Of a stretch of DNA of 64,000 nt, positions 30,232 to 41,131 are shown piece after piece. The notes under the pieces were generated by a model, which ran no database searches, was not told the DNA's origin, and saw nothing but the letters and a program-made list of their open reading frames with translations. The position numbers and the translations under genes are program-made. Source of the stretch: Bdellovibrionota bacterium (GTDB lineage: Bacteria; Bdellovibrionota_C; UBA2361; JAAYZI01). The DNA lies in assembly GCA_050950765.1 (NCBI GenBank), contig JBMNIF010000003.1, forward strand, positions 608,001 to 672,000. Reading direction: 5' to 3'. Within the stretch, counting starts at the first letter, position 1. Each line of letters begins with the position of its first letter.

Positions 30232-31230
30232 TCACTTTAAGATCTTAACAAGTGGCTCCTCAGGAATGTTCTGCATATCAAACAACACGGCTGCTAAGAG
30301 TAGTTGAAAACCAAAGATCATCATGATCGCTGCCAACATCACTGTCCCCGTAGGAGAAGGAATACCTCTCGACATCCCTAAGCACCAATGATACAGCGCA
30401 TAAATAAACCCAAAACCGAAGAGGACACTGCCTAATATAATTTCAAGAGAGCAAACTCCGAAGCCGCGTAAAAAATAGGTATAAAAAATCCGTTTTATAA
30501 AGCATCTTAAATATTGCAACGGAAAAGTTACTAAACTTTGAAAGACATTAAGATTACTCGTTTCATCTTTATAAACGGCATCCATCGGCACCTCTCGCAC
30601 CACAGCTCTGATAGTGTTAAGACGGAACAAGAGATCGCTTTCAAAAAAGAATCGCTTATTGATTTTTTCCAACGGTAGAAATTTCAACACTGCCGCATCA
30701 ATAGCGATATAACCGTTTGTCGGATCCATTAGATTCCAATAACCACTCGCTGCTTTACTAATAAAGGAAAGCCCAGCATTACCGATCAATCTAACTAATG
30801 GCATCTCCTTTAGTGACTCAAGATGAAAAAAGCGGTTTCCTTTAACATAATCGGCGCTACCACTTAAAAGTGGTGCAATTAAAGTCGGAATTAGTTTAGG
30901 ATTCATCTGCCCATCACCATCCAGCTTTATAACAATATCTACCTCATCTTCTAAGGCTTTTTTAAAACCGGTAATAGTGGCTCCGCCGACACCACTGTTT
31001 TCAGGATTAAACAGAACCTCCACCCGTTTATCTTTACAATTTGCTTTAACGAACTCTCCTGATCTTTCAGGACAGGCATCATCAACTACATAAATTTTAG
31101 AAACTTCCTCTCCGATCTCTGAGATTACCGACAAAATACTCTTCTTCACTTTGTATGATGGGATAACAACAGCTACTTTTTTATTCATTAGATCTCCACA
31201 GAATAGACGTGGGAGAGAAAGCCCTCTCAA
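30232..31230 (-). CDS. GT2 polyprenol-phosphate glycosyltransferase with C-terminal TMs; likely start ATG 31188
   Basis: VVIPSYK, VVDDACPE, KLDGDGQM, DPTNGY, FFESDLLFRL. Confidence 0.9.
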   Translation of the reverse strand: MRGLSLPRLFCGDLMNKKVAVVIPSYKVKKSILSVISEIGEEVSKIYVVDDACPERSGEFVKANCKDKRVEVLFNPENSGVGGATITGFKKALEDEVDIVIKLDGDGQMNPKLIPTLIAPLLSGSADYVKGNRFFHLESLKEMPLVRLIGNAGLSFISKAASGYWNLMDPTNGYIAIDAAVLKFLPLEKINKRFFFESDLLFRLNTIRAVVREVPMDAVYKDETSNLNVFQSLVTFPLQYLRCFIKRIFYTYFLRGFGVCSLEIILGSVLFGFGFIYALYHWCLGMSRGIPSPTGTVMLAAIMMIFGFQLLLAAVLFDMQNIPEEPLVKILK

Positions 31231-31439
31231 ATAAATCGGGAATGACTATAATACAATCATAAAGATTCCTTCAAGAAAACATTTTTTAACTATGTTTTAA
31301 GATATGCAAAAATTCATTCTTAACGGTGAATTTAAGCCATCCTCTTCAAAATGGTTTTCCTTTGTTAAGGTATGTGATTTTTTTAGTAGTTATGCTATGA
31401 CTGCCATATTATTGAAAACACTACTATACAAAAGATAAA

Positions 31440-33287
31440 ATGAATATAAAAACACTATTAAAAAAGATAACTCTCCTGAATATAAAAAAGACTCTTCTAA
31501 CACTACGTTATGAAGGCGTTTGTATGACACTCTATAAGATCCAAGCCTACCTGAGCGGAAGAGATCTGTCATATATCAAACCTATTGCAGCAAATTATAA
31601 TACTTGGATTGAACAGAACGAGCCGACCCCTTCAGAGCTGGAAAAACAAAGAAAGGAAAGCTTTAAATACTCCCCCAAATTGAGCGTCGTTGTGCCGATG
31701 TACAATACTGATAAAAAGTTTCTTGACGCTTTAGTCACATCCCTTATCGAACAAACATATAGCAATTGGGAGTTATGCTTAGCAGATGGCAGCCCTCAAC
31801 AAAATCCTGCTTTGCAAGATGTTTATAAACAAGACCCTCGTATCAAATACCACTTTATCGGGGAGAATAAAGGCATCTCTGGCAATACCAACGAAGCGAT
31901 AAAGATGTCCACAGGTGATTTTATTGGACTCCTTGATCATGATGATACGTTACCACCATTTTCATTATATGAAGTAGTAAAATGTATTAACGAAAATCCG
32001 ACGGTGGAATTTATCTATTCTGATGAAGATAAGATAGATATAACAGGAGAAGAACGTTTTGGTCCTCACTTCAAACCTGATTTTTCACCTGATTTCTTAC
32101 GTGCAAATAATTATATCTGCCACTTTAGTGTCTTTAAGCGCAGCTTAATGGATAAATTAGGGGGCGAAAGAAGTAAGTATGACGGTGCTCAAGATTTTGA
32201 TTTGGTTATTAGAGCATCTGAAGAAACAACTAACATTGTTCATATTCCGAAGGTACTCTATCACTGGCGAGCACATCCAAACTCAACAGCACAAGCTAAA
32301 AATCCCGTTAAATCTTACGCCTTTGAGGCAGGTATCGCCGTTGTTCAAGACCACTTACAACGACTAGGTTGGGAGGGTACCGTTTCGCACGGACGCAGCT
32401 TAGGAACTTATAGAACAGTCTATAAAGTTATCGGAGAACCCACCGTCTCCATTATCATCCCCAATAAAGACGGTCTCAGATACTTGAAAAAATGTATTAC
32501 TTCAATCCTGCAGAAAACAACCTACAAAAATTATGAAATTCTTATTGTAGAAAACAACAGCACAGATCCCAAAACCTTCAATTACTATAAAAAACTAGAG
32601 AAGAACAAAAAGATAAAGGTTCTGCACTATCCTGAAAAAGGCTTTAACTATTCAAAGATTATAAATTTCGGAGTGCGACACAGTGAAGCCGAGTTTGTTG
32701 TGCAGCTAAATAACGATACTCAGATAAAAACCCCCTCATGGTTGGAGGAGATGTTGGGGTTTGCACAACGTGAAGATGTCGGTGCCGTCGGAGCTAAACT
32801 ACTCTACCCTTACGGTAGAATTCAACACGCTGGTATCGTTTTTGGTATCCATACCGTAGCAGGACACCTATTTAAAGGGCTTCCGACACGTTTTTTCGGA
32901 TATTTCAGACGTGAAGATACCATTCAGAACTTTAGTGCTGTAACGGGCGCTTGTTTGATGTCCAGAAAGTCTATTTATCCTGAAGTCGGATATATGGATG
33001 AGACATTCCCAGTTGCTTTTAATGATTTGGATTTCTGTCTTAAGATTAGAGAGTTGGGAAAGTTGATCGTTTACAATCCGTTTGTAGAGTTAATTCACGA
33101 CGAATCAAAAACGCGCGGCTATGAAGACTCTCCTGAAAAACAGAAACGCTTTAATGAAGATATCAAACGCTTTTTAAGTAAATGGTACACTATTTATGAG
33201 AAAGGAGATCCATATTACAATAAGAACTTCAGTTTGGATTCACTCTTTTATGAAATCCGTATTGATGACACACCTTCGGCGGAGTAG
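31440..33287 (+). CDS. Two-domain GT2 glycosyltransferase
   Basis: SVVVPMYNT, LLDHDD, YSDEDK, SIIIPNKD, LNNDT, AVTGACL, FNDLDFCLK. Confidence 0.92.
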   Translation: MNIKTLLKKITLLNIKKTLLTLRYEGVCMTLYKIQAYLSGRDLSYIKPIAANYNTWIEQNEPTPSELEKQRKESFKYSPKLSVVVPMYNTDKKFLDALVTSLIEQTYSNWELCLADGSPQQNPALQDVYKQDPRIKYHFIGENKGISGNTNEAIKMSTGDFIGLLDHDDTLPPFSLYEVVKCINENPTVEFIYSDEDKIDITGEERFGPHFKPDFSPDFLRANNYICHFSVFKRSLMDKLGGERSKYDGAQDFDLVIRASEETTNIVHIPKVLYHWRAHPNSTAQAKNPVKSYAFEAGIAVVQDHLQRLGWEGTVSHGRSLGTYRTVYKVIGEPTVSIIIPNKDGLRYLKKCITSILQKTTYKNYEILIVENNSTDPKTFNYYKKLEKNKKIKVLHYPEKGFNYSKIINFGVRHSEAEFVVQLNNDTQIKTPSWLEEMLGFAQREDVGAVGAKLLYPYGRIQHAGIVFGIHTVAGHLFKGLPTRFFGYFRREDTIQNFSAVTGACLMSRKSIYPEVGYMDETFPVAFNDLDFCLKIRELGKLIVYNPFVELIHDESKTRGYEDSPEKQKRFNEDIKRFLSKWYTIYEKGDPYYNKNFSLDSLFYEIRIDDTPSAE

Positions 33288-33315
33288 ATATAAAAATATC
33301 TCCCCTCGTATTTGG

Positions 33316-34677
33316 TTATAACAGATACCGCAAGATGTAGAAGTATGCGATACCGCAACCCAACATCCCCAAACAGGGGGGCAACAGGTAGCGGTAAACA
33401 TCAGAAAGTTTTGCTTGAAAGTATTCATTACTTAAAATTAAACAGAGATGAAGGGGTGAAATTAACGTTCCGATAAACCCGCTGACTAATGCTAAAATCA
33501 GATATGGCAAGATCTGAGTTTCTGGAAGAGTTGTCTGTAAAAGAGAGATTATAATCGGAAAGCTCGTTCCGACAAATCCGATCGTAATACCTGTAATTAA
33601 ACCTGTAATAAACGGAAGGATTATACAAACTAAGAACAGTGAGATATGCCAAGCATCCAACTCTCCCGCTATCTGCTGTACAGCTCCAGAGTGATCAAGA
33701 ACACCTTTAAAGATCATAATCGTAATAGCGGTATATCCCATCGTAAAGTTATGCTTATTAAAGATAATCTCTTTAATCAAAGAAATGCCGTGCGGTGTCG
33801 TAAACCAAACAAAACAGTTCGCTGCAATAATTGCCAACGCTAGCCCTATTTCACGAGAAACTACTAAATTAGGGAACAAAAAAGAGAAGATACCCCCTAA
33901 TAAAAAGCCTGGAATAATTGCGATCAAGATCGGGGTTAGCTCCTTCAAAAGCATTAAAAGTCCGCTATACTGGACGTTTTCCTCCTCCCTCTCCTCTTTT
34001 TCGACAACAAGGGTAGATCTTTTTTTAGGAAGGTAGAGCATACCGAACAGAACAGCAGGAATCATAAGTGGAAAAGACGTTAGTGAATAGACAGCAATGG
34101 GAGTATTCGAAAGAGAGGTTAAAAGTAAGATCCCTGGATATAACGGCCACCAATACTCCCAAATATGCCTAAACCAGTAATTAAAAAATGATAGTTGTGC
34201 CGGAGGACATTCAGATGACGCCAACTCTTTAACCATCGGTGCAGAGAAGATAGCTCCTCCCGGCATCGGCAAAAGACCGATTAATGCTGGAAAAAGGGTT
34301 ATTCTGAGGTGGTGATTTTTTACATTACTACGCACGCACGCCAAGATCCGTTGCAAGTTCCCACATTTTTGTAAGGAATTACTTAAAATTAATAATAAAA
34401 CTACTAAAGTTGTTAAGGTGAGAGCGTGCGGTGCAAGTGCTGACTGCGTAATAGTAGAAAAGAGATTATATACATACGATATCAGTAACGATAAGGCTGA
34501 AGTATCCGTTTCTCCCTTACCACTTAGTATGACCTCCAACTCTGCCGCCAGATCGTAGCCGGTAAACAATACGAAAAGCACCGCAGATCCACAAAGGAAG
34601 ATGTGCCCGACTAAGATCTTCCTTTGTAGCGCTATCACAATTAAAACAAATACAAGTGCAAGTTTTAATAATGCCAT
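33316..34677 (-). CDS. DUF401 family membrane protein
   Basis: PALIGLLPMPGGAIFSAPMV, NYWFRHIWEYWWPLYPG, SPLHLCL. Confidence 0.88.
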   Translation of the reverse strand: MALLKLALVFVLIVIALQRKILVGHIFLCGSAVLFVLFTGYDLAAELEVILSGKGETDTSALSLLISYVYNLFSTITQSALAPHALTLTTLVVLLLILSNSLQKCGNLQRILACVRSNVKNHHLRITLFPALIGLLPMPGGAIFSAPMVKELASSECPPAQLSFFNYWFRHIWEYWWPLYPGILLLTSLSNTPIAVYSLTSFPLMIPAVLFGMLYLPKKRSTLVVEKEEREEENVQYSGLLMLLKELTPILIAIIPGFLLGGIFSFLFPNLVVSREIGLALAIIAANCFVWFTTPHGISLIKEIIFNKHNFTMGYTAITIMIFKGVLDHSGAVQQIAGELDAWHISLFLVCIILPFITGLITGITIGFVGTSFPIIISLLQTTLPETQILPYLILALVSGFIGTLISPLHLCLILSNEYFQAKLSDVYRYLLPPCLGMLGCGIAYFYILRYLL

Positions 34678-34757
34678 TCTGTTATTTATAGACTCTTACG
34701 TTCAGATATAAAAACGTCTTTCCAGTTTTTCTGCAGAGAGGTGCATAAAGACCCTCA

Positions 34758-35699
34758 CTACTCTTTTTTTGCCAAGCGATCAATAAAGATTAAAAGAACG
34801 AAACCGAACACTGCTAAAGCCAGCGCATAATAGAACTCCGGACTTGAAAACGATGCTGGTAAAATATTACTTTCTCTAAGGACAATAAGTTCACCTTGCT
34901 CATTCGTCATAGTTTCCACGACCTCCTTCCAAGGCCAGATCTTACGTAAAGAACCGACCATAAAGCCGATTAAAGCTGCAACCGTAACAACATGATAATG
35001 TTTTAAAGTCCAACTTAGAACTCTTGAGAACCACATAATTCCCAACACAATACCCAAAGCCAGCGGGAGGATCGTTATAATATCGAACCTTGTTACAGCT
35101 CCCAAGACGTATTCATATTGTCCCAGCACCAATAAGATAAAAGAGCCCGAAATTCCTGGTAAGATCATCGCCATGACAGCAACTGCACCACTCCAAAAGA
35201 GATTAAAAGGAGTATGCGGCATCTCACTCGGAACAGCTCCAACGATTAAATATCCTGCAATAGTACCAAGCACTAAAGAGATAACGGCTGCAAAATTCCA
35301 CTTCAACGTACTACTAACAGTAACGATAGACGCTAAAACAAGACCGAAGAAGAAAGCAAAGAGTAAGGCAGGTTCATTTTCCAAAAGATACTTCATGGTG
35401 CTTGCCATACCAAAAATAGCAACACCGATACCACTTCCAAGCGCAATACAGAAACGCCACGGAATTAAGGAGAACGCCTCTTTTAATTTGAAAGTTAAAA
35501 GAGCACGGAAAAAATGAGCATTAACAGATTTAATAGCACTTAAAAGAGCATCATAAATCCCGAGAATAAAAGCGATCGTACCACCTGACACACCTGGGAT
35601 CAGATCAGCTATCCCCATAGCGGCACCTGTTAAAAAAAGTCGTAAGGAAGAAAATGGTTTATAAACATCCATCTCAGAGTTTGTTTCAGCATCATTCAT
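34758..35699 (-). CDS. DUF368 protein (PopT-type undecaprenyl-phosphate translocase)
   Basis: GAAMGIADLIPGVSGGTIAFILGIY, AMILPGISGSFILL, GSLRKIWPW. Confidence 0.92.
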   Translation of the reverse strand: MNDAETNSEMDVYKPFSSLRLFLTGAAMGIADLIPGVSGGTIAFILGIYDALLSAIKSVNAHFFRALLTFKLKEAFSLIPWRFCIALGSGIGVAIFGMASTMKYLLENEPALLFAFFFGLVLASIVTVSSTLKWNFAAVISLVLGTIAGYLIVGAVPSEMPHTPFNLFWSGAVAVMAMILPGISGSFILLVLGQYEYVLGAVTRFDIITILPLALGIVLGIMWFSRVLSWTLKHYHVVTVAALIGFMVGSLRKIWPWKEVVETMTNEQGELIVLRESNILPASFSSPEFYYALALAVFGFVLLIFIDRLAKKE

Positions 35700-35723
35700 A
35701 TTAAATAAATCCTTTTATAAACA

Positions 35724-37649
35724 TTAAACAACAGAAGCTTCTAACCACTTTCTAAACAATATATCTACTGACTCTTCTAAACTAAGTTCACCGGCATCAA
35801 TCGTTAGATATGGCGTAAGCGGAACCTCATACGGAGAAGAAATTCCTGTGAACTCCCTAATCTCTCCCGCTCGCGCCTTCTGATACAAACCGTGTGGATC
35901 ACGACTCTCACACACCTCAAGCGCTGTACTGATAAAAACTTCACAAAAATACTCAGATCCAACTATGGCACGAGCTGCATCACGGTCTTTTTGCATAGGC
36001 GAAATTAAAGAACAGATCACCGTAATCCCCGCTTGATTAAAGAGACGAGCAACTTCCGCCGTGCGTCTGATATTTTCAGCACGATCCTTCCTTGAAAAGC
36101 CCAAGTCTCTATTCAATCCATACCTCAAGTTATCTCCATCCAAGCGATAAACGGGAATATCATTTTCAAAAAGTTTCTTCTCCATCTCACGTGCGATAGA
36201 AGACTTTCCAGATCCTGAAAGCCCTGTTAACCACAACGTCATGGCGCGGTGTCCGATTTTTGCTTCACGTAGCTGTCTCGTCACTGCACTCTCTTCTGCG
36301 TGTATATTTTGAGATATCTGTGGAGTTTTAAGGCTCTGCTTCTTTGTCGCAAGAAACTCTTGCGGCAAACGTTCGATAATCATTCCGGCAGCTACTGTCC
36401 GATAGTTGTGTGGATTGACTAAAATAAAGCTACCCGTCGCACGATTTTTTTCATAAGGATCAATAAAAATTGGTGTCGTAACTGTAAAGGTTAAGCGTCC
36501 GATCTCATTTAAAGCTAATGGAGTCGCTTCCAGACGGCTTAAAGTATTGACATCAACTTTATACGAAACAGAATCAACAAAAGCTTTTGTTTCATTTGTA
36601 GTGTGCCGCAAGATATAAGCTTGCTTCAGATTCAACTCTTCTTCACTCATCCAAACTACCATCGCTTCAAAATTACTTTGAATCTTAGGCATATTGTTAG
36701 CACGTACGATCATGTCACCGCGCGAAATATCAAGCTCATCCGTTAAGGTTAGCGTTACGGAGTCGGGAGCAAAAGCAGAGTCCATTTTCCCTGAAAATGT
36801 ATCAATAGCTGCAATTTTGCTACGTTGCAGAGAGGGAAGCACAACGACCTCTTCTCCAACACCGATCACACCTGAAACAACCTGCCCTGTATATCCACGA
36901 TAATTTTGGTTAGGTCGGATTACGTACTGCACTGGAAAACGGAAATCAACCAAGTTGGTGTCGCCTGCAATATAAACATTTTCCAGATACTCCATAACGG
37001 TTTCACCGCGATACCAAGGCATATTTTTACTCGGTTCCACCACATTATCACCGAGTAGCGCCGACACAGGGATAAAGCGAATCTCTTTAAAGCCGAGCTT
37101 GGCAGAAAAATTTGTAAAATCGTCCTTAATCTTTTCAAAAACTTCCTCTGAAAAGTCTTTAAGATCCATCTTATTCACAGTAACTACGATACGCGGAATG
37201 CCCAATAAAGAAGCGATAAAGGCGTGTCTTTTAGATTGAGTTACAACGCCGTTTCTAGCATCAATTAACAAAATAGCGAGATTAGCAGTGGAAGCACCCG
37301 TTGCCATATTACGCGTATACTGCTCATGACCTGGTGTATCTGCTAAAATAAAATGACGCTTCGGTGTTGAAAAATAACGATACGCTACATCAATAGTGAT
37401 TCCCTGTTCACGCTCCGCCCGCAAGCCGTCTGTCAACAGTGCTAAATCTTTAGCGTGGTTCCCTGAAGCTTCTTCAGGTAAAGCTTGAAATTGATCTTCA
37501 TAGATATTTTTTGAATCATGCAGCAAGCGTCCGATCAAAGTTGACTTGCCATCATCAACGCTGCCGCATGTAGAAAAGCGTAACAATGATGTTTCTGCTG
37601 TCCTCTTCAAAAACTCCTCAATCGTTTCGGTTTTTGCTATCTGATTCAT
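35724..37649 (-). CDS. cysNC: Bifunctional sulfate adenylyltransferase subunit 1 / APS kinase CysNC
   Basis: TCGSVDDGKSTLIGRLL, DTPGHEQYTRNM; C-terminal WLTGLSGSGKS, LDGDNLR, FTGISSPYE. Confidence 0.96.
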   Translation of the reverse strand: MNQIAKTETIEEFLKRTAETSLLRFSTCGSVDDGKSTLIGRLLHDSKNIYEDQFQALPEEASGNHAKDLALLTDGLRAEREQGITIDVAYRYFSTPKRHFILADTPGHEQYTRNMATGASTANLAILLIDARNGVVTQSKRHAFIASLLGIPRIVVTVNKMDLKDFSEEVFEKIKDDFTNFSAKLGFKEIRFIPVSALLGDNVVEPSKNMPWYRGETVMEYLENVYIAGDTNLVDFRFPVQYVIRPNQNYRGYTGQVVSGVIGVGEEVVVLPSLQRSKIAAIDTFSGKMDSAFAPDSVTLTLTDELDISRGDMIVRANNMPKIQSNFEAMVVWMSEEELNLKQAYILRHTTNETKAFVDSVSYKVDVNTLSRLEATPLALNEIGRLTFTVTTPIFIDPYEKNRATGSFILVNPHNYRTVAAGMIIERLPQEFLATKKQSLKTPQISQNIHAEESAVTRQLREAKIGHRAMTLWLTGLSGSGKSSIAREMEKKLFENDIPVYRLDGDNLRYGLNRDLGFSRKDRAENIRRTAEVARLFNQAGITVICSLISPMQKDRDAARAIVGSEYFCEVFISTALEVCESRDPHGLYQKARAGEIREFTGISSPYEVPLTPYLTIDAGELSLEESVDILFRKWLEASVV

Positions 37650-37664
37650 ACCTAATACCTTAAA

Positions 37665-38576
37665 TTAGAAATACCCTTCCCGTTTTTTCGTTTCCATCGA
37701 TCCCTCCGCATCGTGATCGATAATCCTAGTGGCACGTTCTGAGGTACGTACTAAAAGCATCTCTTCAATAATCTTCGGGATGGTATCAGCTTCTGATCTG
37801 ATAGCGCCTGTGCAAGGTGAGCACCCCAACGTTCTAAAACGACACATCACTTCACTTGCTTTTTCACCCTCAAGCAACGCTTTTTTATCTTCGACCGGGA
37901 TAAGTAAACCTTCACGCTCAACCATTAAACGTTTTTTAGCGAAGTAAAGTGGCACAATCGGTATATTTTCAAGATAGATGTAGTGCCAAACATCAGTTTC
38001 CGTCCAATTTGAAAGTGGGAAAACTCGAATGGATTCACCTTTACTAATCTTACCGTTATAGATATTCCACAACTCCGGACGTTGATTTTTCGGATCCCAC
38101 TGTCCGAAACGATCGCGAAATGAAAAAACTCTCTCTTTTGCTCTGGATTTCTCCTCATCTCGTCTGGCACCACCGATAGCAGCATCATACTCACCTTCTC
38201 GCAAAGCATTAAGGAGTCCTTCCGTTTTTAAAAGTGCGCAGCACCGTTGTGTGCCTAGTTCAAACGGATTGGTATTTTGTTTAATGGCCTCTTCATGCTT
38301 TTTTACGATTAAATCAGCTCCGATCTCTTTAGTGTATGAATCTCTAAACTCATACATCTCACGAAATTTAAAACCTGTATCAACGTGCAAAAGGGGAAAA
38401 GGGATCTTAGCGGGGAAGAAAGCTTTCTGTGCCAAGCGCAACAAAACGGAGGAGTCCTTACCAACTGAATATAATAAGACAGGACGCTCAAATTGCGCAG
38501 CAACTTCCCTAAAAATATGAATACTTTCAGCCTCAAGTTGTTGTAGATAAGTGAGGTTATATTTAGTCGCAGACAT
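37665..38576 (-). CDS. cysD: Sulfate adenylyltransferase subunit 2 (start set at ATG 38576)
   Basis: [51 protein letters not shown]. Confidence 0.96.
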   Translation of the reverse strand: MSATKYNLTYLQQLEAESIHIFREVAAQFERPVLLYSVGKDSSVLLRLAQKAFFPAKIPFPLLHVDTGFKFREMYEFRDSYTKEIGADLIVKKHEEAIKQNTNPFELGTQRCCALLKTEGLLNALREGEYDAAIGGARRDEEKSRAKERVFSFRDRFGQWDPKNQRPELWNIYNGKISKGESIRVFPLSNWTETDVWHYIYLENIPIVPLYFAKKRLMVEREGLLIPVEDKKALLEGEKASEVMCRFRTLGCSPCTGAIRSEADTIPKIIEEMLLVRTSERATRIIDHDAEGSMETKKREGYF

Positions 38577-38814
38577 TAACACCTTCTCCAATGGACATAC
38601 TTTTTTCAGCTCTGTTCCTTTCACCTTACAACATAAGTGTTGCAGGTGCGTTAACTTTGCCTGTCCTAAGAAGAAAATGCAAGTTTTACGGGGAAAATAG
38701 AGTTTAAATCAAAAGGAAAAAAATCCACCCTATGGGAGGCTTCAACTCTTAATGAGGTCGGGATAGACAGTACAGAACTTAGTTTAAATTAAGAGGAAAA
38801 AAATCCCCCACGGG

Positions 38815-38869
38815 AGGCTTCTTTTTAACACTTTTTCTTGGGCGTTAAGAAGTATTAAAAAAGAAGCCT
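38815..38869. terminator. Long imperfect hairpin just downstream of the flagellin stop
   Basis: AGGCTTCTTTTTAACACTT ... AAGTATTAAAAAAGAAGCCT. Confidence 0.45.
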
Positions 38870-39447
38870 TTTTCGGTTAAATTGAGAGAATGCTTTTTAC
38901 CAATTCTGGCTGAGCATTAGCTTGACCAAGTACTGCTACATTGGCTTCTTGCAAGACCTGCAACCTAACCATTTCCGCTGCTTCTTGGGCTATATCACTA
39001 TCTCTGATGCGACTTTCCGCTTCAGCATAGTTAGTTTGAGAACTTGATAAATATGATATCGCTGTTGACAACCTGTTCTGCACAGCTCCTAACGAACCAC
39101 GTTGAGTGCTGATACTATTTATAGCAAGGCTAACATCTTCTAAGGCTGATCTAGCACCATCTTGTGATCCGACGGAGCTGCTAGCGATACCGAGCGTTGT
39201 TGTTGTTAAAGCACCTATAAAAAGGCTTAGCTCCGAATCTTTTGTGCCGTCAATTCCGATCTGAAAAGAGGTGGTTTCGTCAACGAAAAGGGTAGTTCCA
39301 TTAAACTTTCCTAAATTCCCGTTTTTTATGTAGTCCATATCAATAATTTAATTTCATATTTAGATTTTCTAATATTATATTTCCTCCAACATACTTATTT
39401 AATTAAGTTTTTTTATAAAAGTTTTTTTAATTTTTTTAAAAAAACTA

Positions 39448-39476
39448 TTGACATCTTTTGCTTTGTAGACTATACT
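39448..39476 (+). promoter_or_regulatory. Sigma-70 promoter of the transposase
   Basis: TTGACA-N17-TATACT. Confidence 0.75.
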
Positions 39477-39514
39477 TCCGTAGTCTACGAGACAGTAAAA
39501 AAATAGGAGACAAA

Positions 39515-41131
39515 ATGGCTTTAATAAATATTTCAATTCCAATTCCAGAAAAAAAGATTTCGTATAAAAAAGATAGCAAAGGAAACGTAAAATATGTGTA
39601 TCACGTACTTGGTCATCGTCGTAATAAAAACGGCACACCTACTTGTGATGAAGTGATTGTGGGAAAGATAGACCCTGATAGACAAGGAAGAATGATTCCT
39701 AATGAGAACTTTAGAAAATATTATCCAATGCCATCTGACGTTATTGATCTAGCTTCTTCTCGCTTTGTTTGGGACGCAGGTCACGTAGTCGCATTAAAGA
39801 TGAGAGCTGAGGCTATAGGGTTATTAAAATGCTTAAAAACAATCTTCCCCGATAAATACGAAGATATCTTTTATACTGCGTTATACATGGCTTACGAAGG
39901 CAATGTAATGATGAATATAGATAATTTTTCGCAAAATACTCTTACCCCTAAAAACATATCTCTATCTTCGCAAAAGACAAGTGAGCTTTTTTCATCGATT
40001 ACCAAACAAGATCAAATGAAGTTTTTTTCTGTGTGGAAAAACTATGCTATGAAAAACAATGAGACTGTAGCTTATGATGTTACGAGCCTTTCTACTTATG
40101 CAGACTTGCCACTTGCCGAGAATGGATACAATAGAGACAAAGAATATTTACCACAACTAAATGTCGGACTTTTATACGCTACCGACAGCAATTTACCAAT
40201 AAGTTTTTTTCTTTACAGTGGAAGTGTTGTTGATAAAGTTTTTCTTACAACAATGATGGAATACTCTAAAAGCTTAGGTATTGATGATATATTTTATGTT
40301 CTGGATAGAGGTTTTATTACAAAAGAAAATTTAGAATATATAAAAAAAGAGCAAATAGAATTTCTCGTAGCTGTTCCTAAATCTCAGAAAAATTACAACG
40401 ATACTATGAGGGAAGCATCTGTTACTCTTCGCTCTTCTAGGAATCACATATCTGGGACAAATTGTTATGGGGTAAGAAAAGATATTGTGATAAATGGAGA
40501 AAAATTTTCTCTCTACGTTTACTTAAATACAAAAAGTGCATCTGAGGAAGAGAGCACTCTTTACTCTCATATTGACAGATTAGAAGATGAACTAAAAGAA
40601 ATGAAAAAGCCTATGAGTATGAGTCGCTACTCTAAATACTACAAAATAAAAACTAAGAAAGAAGTGCAGTTAGAAAGTTTTGAAAGGGATCATGAAAAAA
40701 TTACCGATATCTTATCTATGCTAGGAGTTTTTGCTTTTTTGAGTAACCACTCAACAATGACACCACAAGAAGCACTTCATATCTATTCACGACGAGACTT
40801 TATTGAGAAAGCTTTCGATAATTTAAAAAATGAATTGGATAATGACCGTATGCTAACACATAATGAAAAAACTACTGACGGCAAAAGCTTCGTCTCCTTT
40901 CTTAGCTTAATTATGTGGTCAGACTTACAAAGAACTATAAATAATAATAACAAAAAAGTAGAAAAAACCATTCAGAGAGTTTTAGAAGCGCTTAAAATGA
41001 TAAGACGCATAGATAATGAAAATCTGAGCATGCTACTACAGCCATTAACAAAAAAACAAAAAGATATTTTAGAAGCATTAGAAATTGACCAGAAGATTTT
41101 TGTCGATAAAATATTAAATACTAAGGTGTAG
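39515..41131 (+). CDS. IS1634-family DDE transposase (start set at ATG 39515 after AGGAG)
   Basis: AYDVTSLS, GYNRD...LPQLN, YSGSVVD, VLDRGF, YSRRDFIEKAFDNLK, FVSFLSL. Confidence 0.9.
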   Translation: MALINISIPIPEKKISYKKDSKGNVKYVYHVLGHRRNKNGTPTCDEVIVGKIDPDRQGRMIPNENFRKYYPMPSDVIDLASSRFVWDAGHVVALKMRAEAIGLLKCLKTIFPDKYEDIFYTALYMAYEGNVMMNIDNFSQNTLTPKNISLSSQKTSELFSSITKQDQMKFFSVWKNYAMKNNETVAYDVTSLSTYADLPLAENGYNRDKEYLPQLNVGLLYATDSNLPISFFLYSGSVVDKVFLTTMMEYSKSLGIDDIFYVLDRGFITKENLEYIKKEQIEFLVAVPKSQKNYNDTMREASVTLRSSRNHISGTNCYGVRKDIVINGEKFSLYVYLNTKSASEEESTLYSHIDRLEDELKEMKKPMSMSRYSKYYKIKTKKEVQLESFERDHEKITDILSMLGVFAFLSNHSTMTPQEALHIYSRRDFIEKAFDNLKNELDNDRMLTHNEKTTDGKSFVSFLSLIMWSDLQRTINNNNKKVEKTIQRVLEALKMIRRIDNENLSMLLQPLTKKQKDILEALEIDQKIFVDKILNTKV

